Shown here piece after piece: positions 42,326 through 55,500 of a DNA stretch of 64,000 bases (its first letter is position 1; each line of letters begins with the position of its first letter). Source of the stretch: Tubiluchus corallicola (Eukaryota > Animalia > Priapulida); assembly GCA_030141605.1 (NCBI GenBank), contig JAQGDQ010000001.1:558001-622000 (forward strand), written 5' to 3'. Below the pieces are notes generated by a model. The model saw only the letters and a list, made by a program, of their open reading frames with translations. It made no database searches and had not been told where the DNA came from. Both the position numbers and the translations under genes were made by a program.

Positions 42326-43248
42326 GGGCGCCGAGTAACCCTCCAACCGAAGTAAGACAATTGGCGTACATGGGCTAGCCCAAGTAGGACGTGTCGTACA
42401 TGGGCTGCCCAAGTAGGACACTAGAGACTGGTATCAAATTGAGTCGTTAAGCGTACTGGCACCGTCCGTTGTCGTTGTTTATGTAATAATAATGATTAAA
42501 AACGTCAATACACGTTGAATAATTTATTATATCTGATAAAATAAAAGAATTTTATTCTGAGCTGGTAGAACGGGCATTATTAAATTTGGGTTCGATATTA
42601 ATGTTGTTGAAGTGAAATAAACCCACTTTTTAGGTGATTTCAACATTTGTTTGATTTATATCATTTTTTATATTGTTTCGCTTTACAGACAGGTGATCCA
42701 TTTCACTACCTCTTGGACAAATAATTGTTTTCTCCTAAGTAAACGTTCTAGCAATCTATGTGTCCTGCGTGGGCTAGCAAGCCATGTAAGACAGTGTCCT
42801 ACATGTTACAATACTAGTGATATTATTAAAACTAATTGCTTTGCTTTTCCTAAATGTTAAAATTACTTTTTCGTATTGTGAAGGCTTAGCGTCATCTGTC
42901 TCATTTTTAAACTCGCAATTATTTCTGTAATAACTGTGTGCATAATTTCTCACTTTAAAGCATTAGATACTTAATTTAATGTTATGATGATTTTAATGGA
43001 GCTAATAATACTGATGATGTTATTGTAAAAAATACATTAATTTTGTAAATTGTCGAGGATTATCCATCATTATTATAAAGTTACTTTTTCTCTAAAACAA
43101 ATTTATTATGTCATCATAATTCTCGATTCCGACAAAAATCGCCAGTGCCCTACTTGGGCTGCCCATGTACGACACTGCTTTTCCGCAAATTTAGCACATG
43201 CGTTTTACCGGAAGTGTCCTACTTCAGCTAGTGGGTTACTCGGCGCCC
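42326..43248. mobile_element. Young MITE with perfect 16-bp TIRs GGGCGCCGAGTAACCC
   Basis: gggcgccgagtaaccc at 42326 and gggttactcggcgccc ending at 43248. Subterminal repeats gtgtcgtacatgggc..cccaagtaggacac are inverted at the other end; CpGs intact. Confidence 0.88.
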
Positions 43249-44749
43249 TACATGCCCAAATCAAAAATGTCGCTGAAACCAGTGCTCCAATATAAAGATG
43301 CAGCCTTTATCTGCACGCTGAAATACTGAAATAAAGAAAATAATGATCTACCATATGTTTAAAAAATAAATTTTTTAAAAGTTGGTGTCAGTGTCACGAA
43401 AACAACAAGAACTGGCCATTTTACCGCAATGTTTTCATTTTTGAGTTTCCAGAAAACGATTTTTTTTCTTCTACTCTGTGCCACAGTATAGAAACAAGCA
43501 GTGGTTTACTAAAATAAGTGTTACTGGAAAGCAAAAAAAGGCTGTGGCTTGACTTCCTACTTATCCAAACCTCTACCATTTTGCGTTCTTCTACTTCTAC
43601 AACATAGATTCTGTGTTTACTCTTCAGTGGCTTCCCCTCTCAGTGCTATTTTGTAACTTTTGCTTCTCTTCTGAAGCGCAGTCTGAGGTATCACTATTTT
43701 GCAATTGATCATGAAACTTTGCATTAATATCAGAACTAATTCTGCATCGATTGACAGAGTTATATCTTTTATTTGCTACCTTATACAGCATTCTATCTAA
43801 AAATGATTCATTAGGTTTGAACATTCATTTTCTGAGTTAGGGAAAGGTAAGAATTCCGTGACAGTTGTAGCCACGTGCCATACTAGATGTGTGGTGATAC
43901 GTAGCCACATGTAGACGTTGTAGATAGTTGGAGCCGTATAACTGCTGTAGATAGGTTTAATTATAACTGTTTTTAAAATACTTTTGTTTTGTGCGTGTAA
44001 ATAGACACACACCTATATATAAATGTAAATATAGACACACACAAATATATATGTAAAACTGTTGGGCATTACCACGCAAAGAATTTTACTGTGACCCAGC
44101 AATCTAAAGAAGACTGAACTACTGAAGTACACCTATGTTTCTAAGGTCAAAGAAAAACAATGGCGATATTCTTTCACATTATAAGAGCACCTCAGAACTC
44201 TAAAAATGAAAGATATATCTGCTGTTAGCAAAAAATGACTTTTGCTCCATAAGTCTTGTAAACAACCCGTTTAAACATGGCTAAGGTTGTATCCATATCC
44301 AACTGCCCATGTTTTTAAGGTCAGAGAATGTGATGAGCATATTTTTGTCACCATAATCAAAAAACGTCATTTTATATTTTTAATGACTAATTTCATCTAA
44401 ATGCTGGTTAACAGTATTTTAGCTGCAAGATTGCAATCTCAGAAATAACCTCAAAAATAAGCAAAATAACCAAAAGGTGACCACTAATTTACCTTTTCAT
44501 TATCTTGTCATATGTATTTGTCAAAAATTGGAAAAATCATTGATGTTAAAATGTATAAATAGGTATCAATGGTCAGGTAATATTATCATGTCTTTATTAT
44601 AAAAGCTGGCAAACACGTCATAATGTATTCATTAGTCTTTAATGATTGCAGAACAGAGTATTATAACTTTGCAGAAGACAACATCAAATACGCCCATTTC
44701 ATGCAAAAATTGTTCAAAATCATTTTATCACAGAGAAGATGCTTCTGCT

Positions 44750-45520
44750 TCAGTGTTAGCAATTGAATTCATTGTTAACATTCACACTTACATGTTCTAC
44801 CTTTTCAGTTATTTTAATTACAATTTATATTTAGAGGATTTGATTTCATTGTTTGATACAGTTGGTATAGCCTAAATTTGTTCTTGTTTACTGCATAATC
44901 CAACATGGATAAGTGTATAATTTGTAAGAAATGTTTAGAAGATGGTAGGCAAAAAGTCAGACTTTGTAAAAAGGAAGGAACGACATTGATCTAACAAGTG
45001 AGTTATGTTGAAGTAGTGTGATAGCTCAAGACGGTGAGCAAGTATATGCTGAATGTCACTTTAAAAAAACATAATTATTTAGCATTAGCAAACTTCGTAA
45101 CTACATTCTCGAGCTGTCGCACTATTTCTACGTAACTCACTTAGTTTAAACATATTTATTTTGCAACTTTTTGGACTTTGGTGATACAAAAAGTGCTCTG
45201 GTTACAAAGAAATATAAATACAATACATGAAAGACAGGGTGCACGAAGAGTATTACCGTTACAATTAGATAAGCGTATTAATTAATAAAAAAACGTTAGT
45301 CGGACGCAACTTTCTTCGTTTTTTTATGAAATCTGACTGTCTGCCTACCATCATCTAAGCTTTCCTTGCAAATTATCAATTGTCCATGTGGAATTACGTG
45401 GTAAACAAGTAAACAATTGTAATTTTCAAACAATGAGTGCAAAATGTTCAAATATAGACTGTAATTAAAATCAATGAAAGGTAAAACATTTAAGCGATGT
45501 GATTCAACTAATGCATTGAA
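44750..45520. mobile_element. Old MITE with ~200-250 bp degenerate inverted arms
   Basis: gatggtaggc..agtcaga vs tctgact..gcctaccatc, cttgtttac vs gtaaacaag, and ttttaattaca vs tgtaattaaaa occur in mirrored order. Confidence 0.7.
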
Positions 45521-46571
45521 ATGTTATACAGGTAGCCCTGGTCCTATGGTTTCAATAGTTTTTGCACAGCAATGACAATGCGGACACTTAATAAGCTGAC
45601 TGAGAATACTGACAAAGTTAAAATAGTTCTCAAATATGTAATCACTAATCATACATGTACAACATTTTATAGGATCTGTATGCACGGGATTCACATAGGC
45701 TTATTTTTGTCAAGGCGGACGAAATGCATTTGTAGCTGTAAAATTGTGTCATACTAGCAGTTAGCTATCAATTTTTATATGCTCACAAATAGAACAGGTC
45801 TAGCAGAATTTAATGCCGGGCTTCTTATTTTGCAAGAAATGTACTTTTGTAATGTCGACTACATTTTTGCAATTTGCTTGCATCTTTCTGCGAATGTTTT
45901 CACTTATTCCACAACAATTTTAACAGTGAACCTGCTTTTGCTCTTGTGGGTAGAACTTGCCAATTTGTCCATGGATAACTGGCAGGGTGAGCCAACTATA
46001 AAATTAGTTAAACTTGATTTTCATTATATTCCTCCTTTAAGTAGCAACCACATGTAATATTATTGATACGTACAGTACTTATGAATTCAGTTCTGTACAC
46101 CTTATAGAATGTGTGCTGACAACCGTGATTTTCCACACAAATTCTTCACAAATATAAATAAAACAATGAAAAGGTGTATTGATAGCTCCTTTTTTCCTTT
46201 AAAACATTGCTGTGGACACATCTTTGTGCTGTTTTGTGTATTTTAAGCACTATATTATTTGATTACAACACAAAACGTATTTTTTGCTAATAGTGTATAT
46301 ATTTTTCTTTTTTAGAGTTCTGAGATGTTTTGATAATGTTAGAAATATCACAATTGCTGACTTTGACCTTAAAAACAATTGTGTACTCATAGTTTGCCTT
46401 CCTTGAGACGTGTTTTTTGCTGAGTTGTAGTAAAATTCCCCTTTTCTGGTAATGGCTGACAGTTTTTTGCAGTTTTTAGGATATTCTGGCAACTTGTGTG
46501 CAGCAGATTTTTACTATGTTAATCTGCACATTTTTTCTGTACTAGGTACAAGTGAAAATATTTTTGTTGCA

Positions 46572-49500
46572 ATGTCTTCCCATGATGGCCACAATTTGAC
46601 TGGACTATTAGAGTAATTAGTTTCCATTAAGACATTTATTACAAGACCTATGCGATATATATTTCAGGATCACGTTTAAATAACTTATCGTAACTCGGGT
46701 CAAACGGGCAGCTTTAATAAATCGGCAGATATTAAATCGATGATTCTACTTATGGAGAACAATTATGAGGACCTACAATTGCCTGCAGCTCGACACAGAA
46801 AAAGGTTTGCCGACATCGCATATACATGTACATGTATATATATTAATGATATGGTTACTGCTACTTTTACTGGCATTAATAGCTCAACCTGCACTTATAG
46901 TCAGTGATAATGTAGCGGTAACTAACTTCTTAACGGTTTCTCAGTTTTCAATTTTTTTGTGAACTGACTTTGAAACTGACTGTTTCTTAACAGTTTTTAT
47001 TTCTTGACCAGAAATGAATTTCTACATCGTACAATCTTGACATGCTTCATGAACTCAGAAGAAAAGTGCTTGCATTCTGTACTTAGGACTTAGTAGTTAG
47101 CATATTAATTGAAACAACATGCCTAACAGTTAGATGCACTAATTGGAGATAGGACATTTGGGTATAGGAAAATTGGGCGCGGCCATTTGGGAATCAGACA
47201 TTTGAGCACTGGCTTACTTAGGCGCGAGACAATTGGGTTTCAGGGCTGATGGACATTGCATTGTTACAGCCAAAGTGACTCGATCACACAAGAATATGTC
47301 ATTTCTGTGTTGTGCTATAAATCGTGCTGCTTAATTTCTTAGACTTAGCGGGAAATCATTGCCTGCTGCCTGAGTAGTGATTTTCATGTAACTTATAAAG
47401 TAGCTAAAGTTTTGTCAGATGAGAGTTATCATACATAATGTTATCATTGCATTTTGCAAGAGATACAGAACGAGTACTTACTGTTATTGTTCATCTTGAT
47501 AATTGTTAATCATCATATATCAGTTAATTAGCTCCCTAATTGAGGATCATTTTCGAGTTGGCCGCTAGTGTAAGCAACTAATAAACTAAACAATACATTA
47601 TGTCAGTTTCTTCTAAAGCATGCCAGACATTTAATGAATATAGCATTGTAATATAATCAGTGGCCTGCAGTCCATAGCCACTGCCATACATAAACTGCAT
47701 GTCCTCTAATTTTCGAAAAATTGTTACGATGTAAAAAGTAGATCCTGTAAATCTTTCTAATAACTAACTTTTACTACTAATAGTCACTAACATTTTACAC
47801 TGGTATTCTGTTATAACGTTGGTAAGTTTTACATTCAAATACATTTTCCTGGGCAGATAATGAAGAAAAAATTACATTTATTTTAATGCTGACACTAAAT
47901 AAAATGAGCTTAATTAATTGCATTAATTGTTGTTATTGGTTCGATCGGTTCTTAGTGTATTCATGGATGTTTTCTTTCATTGTGTGTGCTTAGTGTAGAG
48001 ATGGCTTGTCTATCTCAAATGTAAACAAACTGTCAACATATTATTTTGCTGAAGGTGCCACTGCAGAAATGTCATTCATGTGAGTGAATGAGCTGCACCA
48101 CGATTTTAGGTAACGTTGGTTTTAGGTAACATTTCAGCTATTACTGGCTAATGAATACTTCAGCTTATCTCTAGTTTTCCATAACAAATGATACCTCATC
48201 AGTAATGTTTTACCTGTATCAGAATTGTGTTAGTATGCTGTTGGTTTCCAGGTAGGTAAAGACTTGATTGTAAGATAATTTTTCATGTATTTTAGACAAG
48301 CCCTGGACACCAGAAATGGGTTTAAGTATACTTTATTAGTTCATCCTTAAGGCCACTGAAGTGCATATAGCTAAATTAAATACAATCGCTACAGATAACT
48401 GTGCATAAAAATAGACTTATTATAGGTGCATTTTTCTTGTTTGAGGAAGTCTGCTTTCCAGAATTTAGTTCTCATTAAAGGTCTCCAAAATACCCTTAAA
48501 CACAGGAAAATGAGTTGATGGCTGGGGCTTTGCCCTCTGACCCTGCTGGTGGAGCTTCCCCAGACCTCCTAGCTGGTTGCATGCATTGTTCCACAACTCC
48601 TTGCATGTGAAAACAATACTGTTAAATGTAGTGATGTTAAATTTTGGTGTGAACAGATGTTTTTGTGATGTACATGTCTGTTGTTTGTTGCTGTTTTTGT
48701 GATGCAATTGATATTTTTGAAATAAAATGCTGTGTTATTTTTATAAAAAATTAATGTAAAATTGCGGTGTTCTTCCTTTGCTGTATTCATTTTGCTGTAA
48801 ATAATACTGAATTTAGATGAAAAACCAGATAGTGCAAAGTCAGCTGAGTGGTTTTAGTTATGTCATATACTGCTGCATATGTTTTTTTAGTGAAGTGATG
48901 ATTCTTAGAAAATTATCGTATTGTGGGAGTTAGGAAAATAGTGAGTCATTAAAACGTTAACAAACGAAAATTTTAAAAAAATTAGGTACAACTTTAAATT
49001 TTATTGGTGCTCATATGTGACGTATGCTACTAATTTGCTACAACCTTGCACTATTATTTTTTGCTTATAAGAGTAGCTAATAGCTGTGGTTGTGTGTAAG
49101 GAAAATTGTGTTATTTTAATTTGTTTTGTGCATTTTACTGAAGTACAAACTACTGACATACATTTATTGAAACAATTTGGTTATTTGTTGTTTGCTGGAG
49201 ATTGAAGGATGTAATCTTTTTGTTTTAGATCATCTATAGCTAAACTTGCAGCTAAGCATGGCACAGGTACTCCACGGGACAATACTAGGAGTTCTACACC
49301 TGAGGGTCATACCAGTTCTATGTCATCAGTTGACAGATTAAATGACAAGTATAGCAAAGGTACTAAGATAGTAGATTACACTTTTGTATGCATTGTATAC
49401 AAATCAATGTGTTACAATTGCTTGCTTGATTTTCACTTAACCTGCTTAGCAAGTTATGTTGCTACATATACCAAAACTTATGTTGTTGGGCTGATGTTAC

Positions 49501-52500
49501 TTTTGATGAAGGAAAATTCAAATGAGGTATGCTAATGAGCAGTAGTGTGGCAAGGTTATTGTATATCTTCAATTATTGTAGTAGCGTGTAAGTACTAATT
49601 ATATCAAATTAATAGTGTCAATAGTATGCAAACTACATGCAGTTTGCTTGTGCTCAGGTAGTTGTTACAACTGTATATGACATAGCTTTCAATGTTCATA
49701 CAATATTATGACAGATTTTTTTATAAATCATATGTCTTAACATAGATAGAGAATTATTCTAGCATTCAAAAGGCCACATTCTAATTTTTCTGATTATTCT
49801 GATTTTTTTCTTTATATTTAGAAGAATTATTTTCCACAAATGATATTAGAAATGGTAATGCCTTTCTTAGACATTCTCTGCCCCGACAAGACAGCGGCTA
49901 TTTTCACAAGGCTCGAAAACGAAATTTTGTGAGGCAGTCATCTAACCAACAACTATCAAACTCGCTGCGACACACTTCTCTTAACAATGAGGTTATTATT
50001 TTATTACTTATGAATATCATTCATATTACTATGAATGAGCACAAAATTATTGTGGTAACTAGTAACTTATGTCACTAAAAGCAAGTTTCTACCGTAGATG
50101 TTTTTCCAAAAATGTGTGATAGTTAAACATTTATTTGTATAATACAAAAAAAACTGAAAAATGTGCAAAGAAATATAAACTATAGCTTAGCCTTTATCTT
50201 GAGGGTATAGCATGTTTTTAATTTGTTCTAAGAAAAGATAATGTAGTAGGGCTGAAGATTTTGAAATTTGGAAATTATTTTGGCTGTTATCTTACAAATG
50301 TTTCCTTATCATTTGTACAATAAGTTTGAAAAGATAATGCAAGGCATAATCGATGACTATGACTATGCAAGGCATAACCAACTCAACATTTAATTATTCC
50401 CAAAAATGATTCATTTCTAAAATAAATATTCACTCACTCTCATTATAAATTATTGTAGGTTCTCGTAGAATCAACTCAAAGTTTAGAAAATGAGGCAAAA
50501 ACTATGCTTGCTAGCTTGGAGGAAAACCCTAATGGTGACACTGCAATTTTTAAATCAACCACTAAGAGTTTAGTCAATGTTAAATGCACATTTTATGAAC
50601 AAGACGTTTTAGCTCATGCAGACAAGTCAGGCTCAGACACCACAGATTGCAAAGAAGAAAAAAGGAATTCTATGTCACGGAGGAACATTGATCATGGAAA
50701 TCCAATAGGGAGTGGTAAAACAGTTGGTAACATTTTACAAAAGAAGCATGTATTTGATGGTGAAAAAGACATTCGTGAATTCGAAAATAATGATGCTAAA
50801 CAAAGAAAGTTTATGAATGAGAAGCTGGTTTCTAATCTGGAATCAAGTGCATTTGATGATGATGAATCTGATTCAGATACACAAGAGAAGCTGTGCCTTG
50901 GAAAATCCATACCCGATATTGTGCCAAAAGAAAATCAATATCGAATTCAAAAACACGTTCGCGAGAAAAATAAACATGCCAATGATGCAAATGATGAAGA
51001 ATCTAGTCATGATGAGAGTAAAAACGAAATATGTAGTAGGCATAATTCTAAGAACTCTAGTGTTAGAAATGGATTGAATGTTAATAGCAGTTATCTCTTT
51101 GATACCAATAGTGATTCTGAAGTTCGAGTGAACAGGGACAAAAGACGCAGAAATTCAACTTCTAGTCTGTTATCCAAAACTTTAAATAGACGAAAGTCAG
51201 TTGATACTCTGAATTCCACAAGAGTAATAGATAAAAATGATGGTAGTGATGAAGATCACGTCTTGAGAAAATCTTCAGATAATTTACTGCGTAACCAGTT
51301 CATTGCTTCTGTTCATGAAAATCAAGATAATAACTTTCATGTGAAAGTAAATAAGCAAGCAGAGCAGACTGTTGAACAATTACATTTGAATGGCGGACAT
51401 TTTGAGTCAACTGATGTGTCTAGTGCATTTAGTTATATAAATGAATGCATTAGCAACATTCAACGAAGTAAACTACATTCACCGTATGAGAGGGAGAGAC
51501 TTACTGAAGCTGCTCATACAATTTTGCAATCAGTGCACCTTGTCAATGTTATTAAAACAGCAGATGTTAGAAATAAACCTTTCTTACTGAATACTGGAAC
51601 CTTAATGGGAAAAAAAGAGCTAAAGAAGTACCTCCCTGACCAACAGCTGAAGATATTTGTAGCTACATGGAATATGGCTGAGATGAAGGTATCTGAATTT
51701 ACGTACTTACAAAATGCCACAACTAATTAAAATCTGGCAAATAATTTTGATTTTCAAGTTTAATTGACACATTTTGGTAGTGCAGTTTAAACTTATTATA
51801 TCACAGCCAGTATTTGTTTATTGCATTTACAACATTTCTCAAAAACATTGTATTCATGCAGTTGTGGCTGCAGTTAACATGAAATAATATCATTCATTTG
51901 TAAGGATAACTCTTTGTTAAATAACGGATAGTTTTGTTAGACACTAGCCTATAAATGTGATTAGAAGTTTGTGTGTTATAACGTATTTAGTACTTAAGTT
52001 CTTTTAATCTTCCTTTTTTCTGCTTTTCATATGTTTACGTGTTCATATGTTTATATAGTGTTTGTTTTATACACCAACTTTGCAGAGTTGTCTGTAACTG
52101 TGTTTATATTAAGCTTTTGATGTTAATGTTATTTGGCATGCACAATATAAATATTTTACTAACCAGTCATTACTATTATGATTTTTTGCTGAGTTAAAGA
52201 ATGGCAGTTTAGTTATCTGTCATTTTTAACTATTCTACAGTTTCTTTAAAAATGCTGAATTTCAGCTTTTCCTTTCTTCCGGACGTTTTTTCACAATTGT
52301 GTTGCTCGCTCTCCATTAAATTTTGCAAACTTGTGCAAGATTCTTTTAACATTTTACATGAAACTCCCACTTAACCACTTAACTGACTGAAAATAGTAGT
52401 GTCATTTTATGAAATGACAGACTATGTTTACATGTGATAACTAACTGCATTTTACTGATGTACTTATGGCAATAATTCTGGCAGTGAATTACCTTTATCA

Positions 52501-55500
52501 TTAATATATTTCTAGGAACCACCTGCCAATTTAGATGATTTGCTGCTCCCTTTTGAACTGGAATATTTACAGGACATGTATATAATTGGTACCCAAGAAT
52601 CCACGGGAGCCAGGTATTAACTTAGCATAATAAAACCTACTGGGTACTTGTTTTTATAGTTCAAGTCCTATTTTTCTAGCCTGTGCCAGGCAGGATTTTT
52701 TTCAGTTTTTGCCGCAATGCTGTTATTAAGATGTGTGTTTTCTCAAATGTGTCACAAAAAGTAGTATTATGATCTTCAGCATTAGTGAAATGAGGTTGTT
52801 ATTAATTCTTATTAATATGCTCATAGTTTTATGATACATAAAGATTTCTGGTAAATAAAAGTACATAGTAAAGTAAATTATTTGTGTTTTGTATTCTTGT
52901 TTGTTGTTACTAATTATATGTATTTTTTATAGAAAAGAGTGGGAAATAAGACTACAGCAAGCTGTTGGACCATCTCATGTCCTTTTTCATTCTTATAGTT
53001 TTGCTATGTTACACATTGCTGTGTTTTTACGCCGAGATCTCATTTGGTTTTGTTCAGGTAATTGTAGTGTGGGTATACATGTTTGTTTGCTTTATTAGTT
53101 TATTAAGCTTTCTTATCAACGTTTTTGTGCAATATGAATAATTACTGGTAAATTCTCGTCTGCCTTAACAATAAATATCAATATTTTGAATTGTAATGTG
53201 AACAACACTATTTGCTAAGTAATTTTCAGTGCACTTATGCAAGCAGTGCATTTAGAATGAAATAAATTTTTAATTTAATAGTTCCAGAAGAAGGAGTAGT
53301 TTTAACAAGACCTGGGTCTATGGTAAAAACCAAAGGAGCTGTAGCAATTTCCTTCACATTTTTCGGCACATCTTTCTTAGTTGTGACGTCTCACTTTACA
53401 TGTAAGTTTAGCAGTAAGTTTTTTTCATTGGTTAGCAAAGTTTTTATGATGTCTTAAAATTTTTTGCTTTGCTTTAATTTTAACTTTGATTTCGAATCCC
53501 GGTAATACGATTGTATGGCTTACAACGAAACTCTCAGTAGTACAACAATTGTCTTACGTACCTGCAAAGCTTATAGTAGAACTATGTAATCACTTAAAAT
53601 TAATACGAAACTCGTTACTACGAAACTTCGTTTTATACAATGATATCTCAAAGTTCCGCCAATACGAGTTCAATATAAAAAACACTTATAATACCATTTC
53701 TGCTGTGGTCCGCCTTGTCTAGACACTTCACTAACTAGGCCTACTGTTGATTTAGTTAGTCAGGTTTAATTTCCAGAAAGCCTTCACTTTCCCAGTTTGA
53801 TAAAATATTGCTATTATAGTTTAGCTCATCTATATTTGTTACTGCCTGTCTTCCTATCCGTGGCTAGTTAGCTAGGCTTATTTACTGTAACAGGTATCCA
53901 ATTATAATACCAATGCAGTGAATACTGCAGGCTCCTTGGCACCACTAACCCTCTTGCTTGGGTTATAGGCTTGCTTCTAGACTGACTGGAAGCATGCTGT
54001 TTGTAATCTATACTAATTGTGGAAAAGAGACGATAAACAATTTTAAATTCTGGTTTCTGATCAAAAGGTAACCTATGTAGAGACTACAGGGTCAGTTAGT
54101 GGCTATTCTGCATTAGAAATAACATAAATTATTACCAGTTAATAAAAACGTGTATAGTGGACCATATGAAACATGCTTAATACGATAAAATATTTTGGTC
54201 GCGTGAAAGTCGTATTACTAGGATTCAACTCTATAATATTTTTTGCTGTTTCATACAGTTTTATCTCGAGCACATAACACAAAACAGATATTTATTTCGC
54301 TATATTATGGATTAATGTTATTTTAAAAATGTTTGGCATTACGTGGGTTAAATTTTCTTTTTCTAGCTGGCACTGGCAAAGCAAGTCTGAGAATTTCTGA
54401 TTATCAAAAAATAATCAAGGAGTTGCATTTACCAAAATCAACAAATCGATTTGACACTCAAGAAGGTAGTTATTATTAATTATTGATTCTTTAATTAGTT
54501 GATTAATGTATGCTTATTAAGTGTGTTTGTGGAATGTCTTCAGCTTCTTATTAATAAAAGATGATATGACTGTGCATAGTAGCTAAAAATATGTAGCAAA
54601 CATTGTTGCCTTGGCGTGCTTTAAATAATTGGAGTTTTTCAATTCGAAATAGCTTATAGTGTCAGTAACATACTACACAACTTTTATGCTTTCAAAAATT
54701 ACTACTAAAATTAGGTGGATCCTTGAATAAATTTTTGCCAAATTAATTTAAAATTGCTTCACTAGGAAATGTACTTTTCATTTTGTTGCAGTTATGGAAA
54801 ACTATTTAACCAGATGACTCACGATTATGTGTATTATGTTTTAACTAGTATGATTATATATGGATACGAATATATTATGTAGTAATGTATAACGCGTTAT
54901 TAATAAGTTATATAGTTTGCTTTTGAAACCTGTTGTCTTTTTTTGCTATTCAAGTACGTGATAAGTCTGCTTTGTTTTGCTGATACAAACCTTTTCCAAG
55001 AAATTGTAAATTACTGTTACAACTTGTTGTTCTAAAGATTTCTTACACTACTATTACACCGCATAAGCAATTGTCGTTTTGGTAATAAATATTTTTCATT
55101 GCAGATGTCACTGCGAGATTTGATAATGTGTTTTGGTGTGGTGATTTGAATTTTCGTATCAACCGTTCTCGTGAATATGTAGAGCAGGAAGTTCAATCCA
55201 TTGAATCTGCAAGCCATCCAAATTTCGAAGATCTGGTTGTTGACGATGAACTCAAACTAGAAATGATCAAAGGTGTGCATATACATATAAAATGTGTTCT
55301 CCACTGAGTTAAATTAATTCACAGTGTGAAAACTTTTGTATTGTTATTGTTATTATTTTAGGACAGTAATTTTTTGTATTGTTTTTTGAATTGCTATTTG
55401 TTACAATTTATGGAAAGTGGTAAGCTTGGATAATGTCGTTATTCATATGACAGAACATCGCAAAATTAATTAATATTAGGTTATATTGTAAGATCACCGG

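Noticed and set aside
43624-44012. Two overlapping minus-strand ORFs near the promoter
   Set aside because: Short, with no recognisable motif and no supporting exon chain.
50692-51720. Alternative-frame and antisense ORFs within the large INPP5E exon
   Set aside because: They are shadows of the real coding exon.
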